The position numbers were made by a program, and so were the translations under genes. The notes beneath the pieces were generated by a model that saw only the letters and a program-made list of their open reading frames with translations, searched no databases and was not told the origin of the DNA. DNA of 64,000 bases from Candidatus Poribacteria bacterium (GTDB taxonomy: Bacteria; Poribacteria; WGA-4E; WGA-3G). Positions 40,403-48,554 of the stretch are shown piece by piece. The stretch spans positions 3,968,001 to 4,032,000 of the forward strand of contig OZ251518.1 of the NCBI GenBank assembly GCA_965242965.1, written 5' to 3'. Every line of letters begins with the position of its first letter. Positions within the stretch are counted from its first letter, which is position 1.

Positions 40403-43249
40403 TTAAGGGGTAACATCGCTCGCGCAACGAAAACCGGTGTCGACGTTCGTGAGCGTTGGCGGATTCCTGTAGCGATTGGCGACACGCATGAACTGCGCTG
40501 TACCGCCACAACCGCCGCCGCGCAACACGCGGGCATTGTGGTCCTGAACCTTCGCGAAGCCATCTCCAACCCATCCCCCCGCTACCGGATTCCGATGTGG
40601 AGAACGCGAATAGAAAGCTGCATCCCACTCATCAATGCACCACTCGTAGACATTGCCCGCCATATTGTGTAATCCGTATCCGTTCGCCGGGTAACTGCCG
40701 ACAGGGGCAGTGAGCGCGTGACCGTCGTTCACATTGGCATCCGTCTCAATTCTCTCATCAATGTTAGCATCAATGTTAGCCAGAGTGACATCGGCGAAGT
40801 TACACTGCGTTCCGTCCGGCGCACTGTTGCCCCACGGGTATTTCTTGCCTTCCAAGCCGCCGCGTGCGGCTTTCTCCCATTCTGCCTCTGTCGGGAGCCG
40901 TTTGCCGGCCCACTGCGCATACGCCATCGCCGCATACCAGCTTACAAAAACAACTGGATAGTTACCTTGTCCACTCGGATAGTCGTTGCCATTCCAGAGG
41001 CCTAGGTAGTCTCCATCGTGGTAGACGTGCGGAATTTGGTTTTTCCGCCACTGCGGATTTGCATCGACAAATGCCTTGAACTGCGCGTTCGTCACTTCGT
41101 ATTTGTCGATGTAGAATGCATCGACATAAACGGTATGCACCGGTTTTTCATTGTTATTTGCCTCGCTGTCGTCGCTGCCCATCTGGAACTCACCTGCGGG
41201 GATGAGCACCATCTCGCTCGTGTCTGGCATAGCATTGGCTTTGGGAGGTGCTTGTTTTTCCAGTAACTTCGTTGGAGTAACAGCCCTCGCGCAACGAAAA
41301 CCGCCGCTTGAGTCCGTGGCCGCGGGCGTAAACCAGAAGCGATAGGCGACGCGCAAGCCCGATGCGGCGGTGCCCCACGACCCGCCGCGCCACACGCGGG
41401 CACTGTAGGTCTGAACCTTCGCGAATCCATCTCCAACCCATCCACGCCCCACCGGATTCCGATGTGGCGAACGCCTATAGAAAGTTGCATCCCACTCATC
41501 AATGCACCACTCGTAGACATTGCCCGCCATATTGTGTAATCCGTATCCGTTCGCCGGGTAACTGCCGACAGGGGCAGTGAGCGCGTGACCATCGTTCACA
41601 TTGGCATCTGTCCAAATTCTATAATCAGGATCGAGGTTAAGCAGAGTGACATCGGCGAAGTTACACTGCGTTCCATCCGGCGCACTGTTGCCCCACGAGT
41701 AGGTCTTGCCATCTAACCCACCACGGGCGGCTTTCTCCCATTCTGCCTCTGTCGGGAGCCGTTTGCCGGCCCACTGCGCATACGCCATCGCCGCATACCA
41801 GCTTACAAAAACAACTGGATAGTTACCTGTTCCACTCGGATAGTCGTTGCCATTCCAGAGGTCTAGGTAGCTTCCATCATGATATTTCTCAGAGATGTTG
41901 TCTTTCCGCCACTGTGGATTTGCATCGACAAACGTCTTGAACTGCGCGTTCGTCACTTCGTATTTGTCGATGTAGAATGCATCGACGTAAACGGTATGCA
42001 CCGGTTTTTCATTGTCTTTTGCGTTGCTGTCGTCGCTGCCCATCTGGAAGTCGCCGGCGGGGATGAGCACCATCTCCGCGCCATCTTGTCCAATAATCTG
42101 TTGGACAAGCATAGGTTCTAAGGGGATATCCCAGGGCACGTTTTCTCCGCCTATCAAGGTGACGTTTTTCACCCGGCTTTTGTAACCGGCGAGTTCTAAG
42201 CCGATTTCTACCGGCTTCTCACGCTGCACACCCGTGTCAATTTCATAGTTGCGTAAGGGCGTTTCCCCGATGGGGGCACCGTCAAGATAGACCGTCGCGC
42301 CGTTCGGTGTGCTCGTCACATTCACCGTCGCGAGTGGCGGGAGGTCTGCCTGAGGTGGCGAAGTATGCCGCTGAGGCAGCACGAAGACAAAATCGCCTTT
42401 GTCTAACTTCGGGTCTCGGATTTTACCGTATTGTGGGTGTTGCGCCTCGTTGTATATCGGTACCTGATTCTTCAGATACAATCCCAACTCTGCACCGGTA
42501 ATGTAACCATCGCGGAACGGTTCAGCAGCGCGGCCATCAATGAGGTCGAGGAATGCGGTTTTGAACACGCTCCGGTCAGGCACGGGTTCGTTCGCGCGCC
42601 CGGCGGTGATGAATTGCCGCACAGGATGCCGAATGTTATCCGAAATGCTCTCGGGGCTGATTCTGTCGCGCGCGTTGAGAATGGTGCCGGAGAAGCAGCA
42701 GTCAAACAGAAACAGGACATGCCGTGCGAGTATCGCCTTGGATTCACCGACAAGGGTTTCCATGTTGATACTGCCTCGGACGAAGCCGAGTTTGTCGGTG
42801 TCGGGCTCTGGTGCGTCTACCATGACGAGATAGCCGCGCTCCTGCTCGTTGGCAAGCGGCAGGGTGTAACCGTGTCCGGCGTAGTAAAAGAGGAGCCGGT
42901 TGTTTTCGTCTGCGCCATGTTCCAACACGAACGTGAGGAACGCGTCCTCAAACTCATCTGCGGTGAGATCGGTTTTGAGGGTGACGTTGAAGTCGTGTGT
43001 TTTGAGTGCCTCGGCGACTTCTTTCACGTCTTGTAGTGCCCCGGGCAGCGGGTCCCATCCGTTTGTGTAATTGCCATTTCCGATGACGAGTGCATAGGAG
43101 GCGTTATAGAGTTCAATGTGTTCGCCGGCACCGGTGCGGACGCTAATTTTCATGCCGCGGCTGGTTTGGGAGCGCAAGTCTGTGGTGCTGATGAAGATGA
43201 TGGCACCACAGAGGATGATAACAAATAGGAAAATGAGAGACGTTTTCAT
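40403..43249 (-). CDS. Secreted caspase (C14)-PEGA-(FGE-sulfatase/CLec)x2 protein; putative DGR target
   Basis: Caspase domain almost identical to that of 37225..40092; RBS GAGGA. Confidence 0.92.
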   Translation of the reverse strand: MKTSLIFLFVIILCGAIIFISTTDLRSQTSRGMKISVRTGAGEHIELYNASYALVIGNGNYTNGWDPLPGALQDVKEVAEALKTHDFNVTLKTDLTADEFEDAFLTFVLEHGADENNRLLFYYAGHGYTLPLANEQERGYLVMVDAPEPDTDKLGFVRGSINMETLVGESKAILARHVLFLFDCCFSGTILNARDRISPESISDNIRHPVRQFITAGRANEPVPDRSVFKTAFLDLIDGRAAEPFRDGYITGAELGLYLKNQVPIYNEAQHPQYGKIRDPKLDKGDFVFVLPQRHTSPPQADLPPLATVNVTSTPNGATVYLDGAPIGETPLRNYEIDTGVQREKPVEIGLELAGYKSRVKNVTLIGGENVPWDIPLEPMLVQQIIGQDGAEMVLIPAGDFQMGSDDSNAKDNEKPVHTVYVDAFYIDKYEVTNAQFKTFVDANPQWRKDNISEKYHDGSYLDLWNGNDYPSGTGNYPVVFVSWYAAMAYAQWAGKRLPTEAEWEKAARGGLDGKTYSWGNSAPDGTQCNFADVTLLNLDPDYRIWTDANVNDGHALTAPVGSYPANGYGLHNMAGNVYEWCIDEWDATFYRRSPHRNPVGRGWVGDGFAKVQTYSARVWRGGSWGTAASGLRVAYRFWFTPAATDSSGGFRCARAVTPTKLLEKQAPPKANAMPDTSEMVLIPAGEFQMGSDDSEANNNEKPVHTVYVDAFYIDKYEVTNAQFKAFVDANPQWRKNQIPHVYHDGDYLGLWNGNDYPSGQGNYPVVFVSWYAAMAYAQWAGKRLPTEAEWEKAARGGLEGKKYPWGNSAPDGTQCNFADVTLANIDANIDERIETDANVNDGHALTAPVGSYPANGYGLHNMAGNVYEWCIDEWDAAFYSRSPHRNPVAGGWVGDGFAKVQDHNARVLRGGGCGGTAQFMRVANRYRNPPTLTNVDTGFRCASDVTP
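40406..40531 (-). other. Putative DGR variable region (gene 3, domain 2, C-terminal)
   Basis: Same pattern. Confidence 0.75.
41277..41399 (-). other. Putative DGR variable region (gene 3, domain 1, internal)
   Basis: Same pattern, GGG TCG TGG variant. Confidence 0.65.
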
Positions 43250-43272
43250 AGAATTTCCTCAGGCTACAGATT

Positions 43273-43427
43273 CGTCGGTGATCGAACGGATACGAACTAT
43301 CGAGACCGGGAGGTCTCGCCTACGGGAGCATCCGATGCGTCGGTGATCGAACGGATACGAACCATCGAGACCGGGAGGTCTCTCCTACAGGAGCATCCGA
43401 TGTGTCGGTTATTGAACGGATACGAAC
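43273..43427. repeat. 65-bp tandem repeat x2.4, each full unit holding a B-family REP
   Basis: Units begin at 43273, 43338 and 43403 (CGTCGGTGATCGAACGGATACGAAC..). Confidence 0.9.
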
Positions 43428-43469
43428 GCCTTTAGGAGAGGCGCGGGTATCGCCCGCGCCTAGCATAGG

Positions 43470-44111
43470 TTATTGCGTTGCACCGGTTTCTGGTTGTTCC
43501 GGCGGTTGTTCCTCGCCATCTTGTGCGCGTTTTTCCTCAATAGCGTGCTCAAGTTCCTTGAACCCTTCCGAAGCGCGCCATCGGTTGTATAACGCCTTAT
43601 CCCGGCTGATGGTGCCGACAGCCTGAGTGCCTAGCATGCCGGCCGGCAGTTCCATCAAGACGTAAACGGTGTTGGTAAGTCCATCAGGATTCTGAAGCCG
43701 ATGGACTTTGGCTGGACTCGATCCGACGAGCCGCTGATCAGCCACGGTCCTCGAGATTTGGGCGAAAAGTCCGTTGGCTTCCGCGCTCGCCGCGTCGCCG
43801 CCTACTTCTTCCTCAAAACTTTTGACGAGAACGGTGACTGCTGCTTCGATCTTCAGTGCCAGTGCGGCTCTCGCGTTTTGGACGGCTTTTCGTTCTGCGC
43901 GGCCCATGTCGCGGGACGCGCCTGATTCAACGACGTAAATAAATTCGTCGTCGTCCTGCGGTGGGCTATCTACCCAGCCGGGCAGCTCGGGCAGTGGCGG
44001 CGGTGGTGATTGTTGCGCCAGCGGCGAGGTGCGCTTACTTCCGCAACCAATGAGGCACACGAGTGCGCCGATGCAGAGAATTGATATGAAATTGAACCCG
44101 GTTTTGTTCAT
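43470..44111 (-). CDS. LPP20-like lipoprotein
   Basis: Lipobox LIGC, Pro-rich linker, 'PGWV..PP', 'A.QNARA.LA'. Confidence 0.72.
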   Translation of the reverse strand: MNKTGFNFISILCIGALVCLIGCGSKRTSPLAQQSPPPPLPELPGWVDSPPQDDDEFIYVVESGASRDMGRAERKAVQNARAALALKIEAAVTVLVKSFEEEVGGDAASAEANGLFAQISRTVADQRLVGSSPAKVHRLQNPDGLTNTVYVLMELPAGMLGTQAVGTISRDKALYNRWRASEGFKELEHAIEEKRAQDGEEQPPEQPETGATQ

Positions 44112-44190
44112 AATGTGGTTCCTTTTTTAATCCGCAGGCGCGATGTCAAACCGCGCCTGCGGGGGACGTTTTGCGTAAATCCTGTTAAGT

Positions 44191-44618
44191 GAGGGGTTTC
44201 GTAAATCCCCGTAGGAGAGACCTCCTGGTCTCGATGCAATAGGGCGGCGCGCCTCCCAGGGCCGCGGCGGCAGAAGGTCCCCCTTTTACCCCTGTAGGTC
44301 AGGATCGCCTGATCCTGACCTGTTTGTGATCAGGCGAGCACAAACTACAGACAGGGAAACACACATCCTAACGATAGAGATCGCGGGGGACAGGCCCCCG
44401 CGCTACGGTAAAAAACGGTTCCCTTCACCGTAGGGCGAGGGCCTGTCCCTCGCCATCGCCCGCGCAATCCAATGATCGCGGGGGAAACCCGCTCGGATGC
44501 GCGTATGGCATCCGAGGGCCCCCGCGCTACGGGAACATCGAGACCGGGAGGTCTCGCCTACCGGAAATCGAGCCCCGAGGTCTCGCCTACCGAACACATC
44601 GAAATATGAAACATCCTC
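44191..44618. mobile_element. Composite MITE-like REP array with both TIRs and a 7-bp target duplication
   Basis: GTTAAGT | GAGGGGTTTCGTA ... TATGAAACATCCTC | GTTAAGT. Confidence 0.8.
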
Positions 44619-44695
44619 GTTAAGTTAGCGGCGAAGGCAGATGTGCTTCCGCCGCGGAAATCGGTTTTTTCCTTACCGATAAAATGATACTAAAT

Positions 44696-46081
44696 TCATT
44701 CCGAAATGTCAAGCGAAAATTCTGTCAACAACGCCGCCAACGGGTTGCAGAGAATCTCTTCGCTTTCGGCATCTATCAAGGAATGACACGTGCCATCTTT
44801 CAACTCATAAACGGCGACTTCGTCGGCAGAGAGCCAACACCGGTCTGGTGCAAGTTTGGCTATCCGGGCCGCCGCCGCCACCGAGGACTGCTTTTTTATC
44901 GCTGGTGCCGCACGCAACAAGGTTTGAAGCACCGTCAACACATACGGACTATGCGTTGTCAGCACGACTTGGGATTCCTCCGTGTTCAGCAGCAACGCGA
45001 TACACTCGATGAGTTCCTTCTGCGCGGTTGGATAGAGACTCGCCTCGGGTTCTTCGATTACCCGAAATACGGTGTCATTGTATATCACCGTGAAGAAGAT
45101 GTCTTGGAGGAGGCGGAGCGTGTTCTGTTCGCCGGCTGAAGCCGCGAGTAACGGGACCGAGCCTTCGCCGGTAGGCTGATTGAACAGCGATTTTTTGTCA
45201 TCTGCCGTTCCGTATGTGCCTTTGAGGATGCGCGCCATCTTTTCCATGAGGAATTCTGCGGCAGGCGCATCGAGTTCATCATCCTCATCATCCTCATCAT
45301 CCTCGCCTACCCGTTCGGCGAGGAGGGCATGGTAGTCTTGCTCGTTAAAGGTTTGCAAGAACTCCTCGTTTTTCTCCAAGAGCTGCGCCAGGAGGTAGCT
45401 CTGCACGGCGGGTGCAGGGTTGCGTTCTACATCGCGTTCAAAGAGCTCCCTTTTGATGCCGCCGTAGAAGACGCGTTTGAAGGCATCCGGATAGTGTGAG
45501 ATAATCTGCCGGCCTGCCGGGATATAGAGGTTTCTGAACTGCGTGCCGAAGAACCGTTCGGTGATGCCGCGAATCCCGGTCCCGAGGAAGATTTCAAGGA
45601 ACATCCGTTCACCGGGGGTAAACGTATTCGCTTGTTGGGAAGTGCCCTCCTTGAGAGACTTCTCCTTCGCCTTGCGCAGGCCAGCCTGATACTCCTTGTA
45701 AACTTCGTTCAGCTCGTCCGTGAGAGCGGGGAGCGTGATGTCGAGCTGCCCATCGTCCGTTAAAGCGAGGGTGACAGCACTTTCATCGGTATAGTGATAC
45801 GTAATCTCAAACGGACCGAGGTGGGTGAGTTCACCAAAAAAGAGGCGGAATTGCTGCGCAAAGTGGTGCTGGAACGTTGGAACGAGTTGCTGCTCGCCTT
45901 CCCAATTCACCTCCCAGAGCCATTTGCGGAGGGAGTAGGTGACGTTGTGGAAGAAGTAGAGCAGTTGCGCGAGCGTGCTTTTGCCACTGGCCTGTTCGCC
46001 GATGAGCACGACAAGTTTCTTATCCATGTCAAGCTCCGCCTCGCGGGTATGAATGAAATTTTTCACGATGAGTTTTGGCAT
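44696..46081 (-). CDS. ABC/AAA_21-type ATPase (AbiEii/OLD-related)
   Basis: Walker A 'GEQASGKS', signature 'SAGEQ', Walker B 'IEEPE..LYP', H-loop 'TTHSPY'. Confidence 0.82.
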   Translation of the reverse strand: MPKLIVKNFIHTREAELDMDKKLVVLIGEQASGKSTLAQLLYFFHNVTYSLRKWLWEVNWEGEQQLVPTFQHHFAQQFRLFFGELTHLGPFEITYHYTDESAVTLALTDDGQLDITLPALTDELNEVYKEYQAGLRKAKEKSLKEGTSQQANTFTPGERMFLEIFLGTGIRGITERFFGTQFRNLYIPAGRQIISHYPDAFKRVFYGGIKRELFERDVERNPAPAVQSYLLAQLLEKNEEFLQTFNEQDYHALLAERVGEDDEDDEDDELDAPAAEFLMEKMARILKGTYGTADDKKSLFNQPTGEGSVPLLAASAGEQNTLRLLQDIFFTVIYNDTVFRVIEEPEASLYPTAQKELIECIALLLNTEESQVVLTTHSPYVLTVLQTLLRAAPAIKKQSSVAAAARIAKLAPDRCWLSADEVAVYELKDGTCHSLIDAESEEILCNPLAALLTEFSLDISE

Positions 46082-46090
46082 TTTTACTTC

Positions 46091-47473
46091 CTATAAATCG
46101 TTAGTATCAATGAGACAGACACCCTCTTCGGCTGCGCGGTGTTTGAGTGCATCTGTCCAGCCGCTGACAGAAAATAGCAGATATCGGGGATGCTGCCGCC
46201 ATGCATCTGGGACTTTCTGCGCGTTTTCCATGAGGCGAATCAGGACATTTTCACCGACCGGGGTATGCCACCATTTGCACTCCCCGAACGAGTGGCTTCC
46301 GTCAAGATTTTCTGTCAACACGTCAATCTCAACGTCGGAACCCCAGTGCGCGCCCACTCGTTGAGGGGCAACCTTGAGTTTCTCGTCCCAATGAAAGGTG
46401 ACATATTGGCGGCAAATGTCTTCAAAAACCGTTCCCATGTATTGCGAAAGGTTGGGCGCGATGCGCTGCTGATAGACGAAATCGGCGTTCCCGGATTCGA
46501 TGAGACTCCGATTCGGTAGCACAAACCGAAACCAAAAATTGACGTAGTTGTCGGCAATTTTGTAGAGCCCTTTTCTGCTCTTTTGCGGGGCGCGTTCGGT
46601 GATAGATGTCTCCCGTTTCACCAGTTTCAAGTCTCGCAGCACCGTCAGATATTTATTCGCTTGTGTCGGTTCAAGTCCGACGCGCTGGGAAATCTCATTA
46701 AGTCGCGTCGCGCCGCCGGCGATGGCGTGCAGGAGGCTAGCATACGTGCGCGGTTCTCGGAGTTCCATCCGCAGCAGGAAGTTCACCTCATCGAACAGAT
46801 AACTTTGTGGCGCGAGCAGCGCGTCTTTGATGTTCTGTTCCAGCGTTTTCTCACTCGCGAATTGGTTGAGATACGCCGGAATCCCGCCGAGGATGCCGTA
46901 GGCGGTTATCTTCTCCTTCGCCGAGTAGGATGGCAAAAACCGGCCACTCTCGCGGTAAGAGAGCGGCAACAGCTGCTGCTGTCCCGTGCGGCGGCCATAC
47001 AGCGGTGAACGTTCCGCCAGCACTTCTCGCTCCATGAAACTCACCTGCGAACCGCACAGAATCAGGAAGAGTTTGCTGTGTCTCCCATGCAAATCCCAGA
47101 AACGTTGGATTTGCGATGGCAATGCTCCATTATCTTCGCATAGATACTGAAATTCGTCAAGCACTAAGATGAGGCGTTCCTGTTGTGCCTGCTGCGCGAA
47201 ATAGATGAGTGCCGATTCCCAGTCCGAAAACGTAAGGCTTTGGAGCAGCGCATCATCAATGACGTGTCGTGCTGCTTCGGTGAGCTGCTGCAGCTGGTCT
47301 GGTGCTTTCAACTGGCTGGCGAGAAAATAGATGCTCCGTTTGCCTTTGCAAAACTGCGTGAGGAGTTCGGTTTTTCCGACGCGTCTTCTGCCATACAGCA
47401 CGAAGAATTCGGCGGCATCTGAGTGCCACATCCTGTCTAATGCAGTTAATTCTTGTTCGCGATTGATGAACAT
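46091..47473 (-). CDS. Archaeal-type ATPase with wHTH and C-terminal DUF234-like PD-(D/E)xK domain
   Basis: 'FINREQEL', 'YGRRRVGKT', 'LDEFQ', 'SPLYGRRT', 'GGIPAYL', 'FWFRF', 'EIDV...GECKW'. Confidence 0.88.
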   Translation of the reverse strand: MFINREQELTALDRMWHSDAAEFFVLYGRRRVGKTELLTQFCKGKRSIYFLASQLKAPDQLQQLTEAARHVIDDALLQSLTFSDWESALIYFAQQAQQERLILVLDEFQYLCEDNGALPSQIQRFWDLHGRHSKLFLILCGSQVSFMEREVLAERSPLYGRRTGQQQLLPLSYRESGRFLPSYSAKEKITAYGILGGIPAYLNQFASEKTLEQNIKDALLAPQSYLFDEVNFLLRMELREPRTYASLLHAIAGGATRLNEISQRVGLEPTQANKYLTVLRDLKLVKRETSITERAPQKSRKGLYKIADNYVNFWFRFVLPNRSLIESGNADFVYQQRIAPNLSQYMGTVFEDICRQYVTFHWDEKLKVAPQRVGAHWGSDVEIDVLTENLDGSHSFGECKWWHTPVGENVLIRLMENAQKVPDAWRQHPRYLLFSVSGWTDALKHRAAEEGVCLIDTNDL

Positions 47474-47572
47474 AGGTTTGTCTCTCCGTTTACCGATCTG
47501 TTGGTGTGCAGCAGCTTGCCATCGGGTTGCATTCTGAATACTTTGGCTGCACTATGCGCGTCAACTTTGGTG

Positions 47573-47615
47573 TTATACTCTAAAGTATTATACGCTAAAG
47601 TATAATAAATGTCAA
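47573..47615 (-). promoter_or_regulatory. Consensus promoter overlapped by a tandem palindromic operator-like repeat
   Basis: TTGACA-17-TATAAT (minus strand); TTATAC(T/G)CTAAAGTA x2. Confidence 0.7.
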
Positions 47616-47653
47616 GGTTCCGACTTTGTCTGAGACATTCAGCCCGATGTCTG

Positions 47654-47935
47654 GGTAGGAGGGGCATCCTTGTCCCGATATGCCCTCTTGGTAGGAGGAA
47701 CATCCTTGTCCCGATACCGATGTTTGGGTAGGAGGGACATCCTTGTCCCGATACGGCATTGCATCGAGACCAGGAGGTCTCTCCTACGGGGGAAAATCGA
47801 GACCGGGAGGTCTCTCCTACTGGGTATCAAGACCAGGAGGTCTCTCCTACTGGGTATCAAGACCAGGAGGGCTCTTCTACCGGCAATAGCGCGCGGGCTG
47901 TCCCCGCGCCGTTGCACGATTTATGAAACACCCTC
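47654..47935. repeat. REP array (D- and B-family) with right TIR
   Basis: GTAGGAGG..CATCCTTGTCCCGATA x3; GAGACC.GGAGGTCTCTCCTAC-type x4; TATGAAACACCCTC 47922-47935. Confidence 0.88.
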
Positions 47936-47937
47936 GG

Positions 47938-48450
47938 TTAAATTCCCATCCGAAGCGCGACAGCCGCCAGCAAAATCAGCAGCGAAACAACACCCATTAG
48001 ACTAGATACCACCGACATTTGCGAACGGAGCCGCTGAACATCCGACGGAAGTTCCTCCAGATTGATATCTAACTCCGAAATCGCGGCAGACATCTTCGGG
48101 CCGAAGACAAAGCCGTGCAACGCGGTAAGGATAATTAGCACGACGAAAAGCATTAGTTTGATAAACAGCGTGCGCATAAACGCGCCGATTAACTCCGGCG
48201 GCGCAGTAGTCGTCAGCACGCCCGACATGAAAATGTTAAAGATGCCGGTGAAGAATAGCACGCCGACACAACACCACACGACAGGCTCAAACCGTTTGCC
48301 TATCTCTGCTAAAATCTGAACCCGTTGGACAGGCGGAAGACTCTTTCTGAAATAGGGAACGATGACCAGGGCAATGATGAGGTTACCGCCGATCCAGACA
48401 ACCGCGGCGATGACGTGTAACCAAAGGATAAGGAGCGAGAGGAGTTCCAT
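47938..48450 (-). CDS. Four-TM membrane protein (CopD/DUF4149-like)
   Basis: 'WLHVIAAVVWIGG', 'LFFTGIFN', 'IKL.L', 'ALH.F..GP'; start MELLSL with RBS AAGGA. Confidence 0.7.
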   Translation of the reverse strand: MELLSLLILWLHVIAAVVWIGGNLIIALVIVPYFRKSLPPVQRVQILAEIGKRFEPVVWCCVGVLFFTGIFNIFMSGVLTTTAPPELIGAFMRTLFIKLMLFVVLIILTALHGFVFGPKMSAAISELDINLEELPSDVQRLRSQMSVVSSLMGVVSLLILLAAVALRMGI

Positions 48451-48554
48451 TGTATTGTGTTTCCTTTCTGAAGTTGAGAAGCCTTGTTCTGTAGTTCGGA
48501 CTCGCCTGAGCCCGAATGGGGCAAAATCGGACGAGACGCTACAGACGCTTGTTT

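Noticed and set aside
30450-43249. Annotation as true formylglycine-generating enzymes serving the sulfatase
   Set aside because: The catalytic CxxxxC after RGGS is absent; that position is the hypervariable segment
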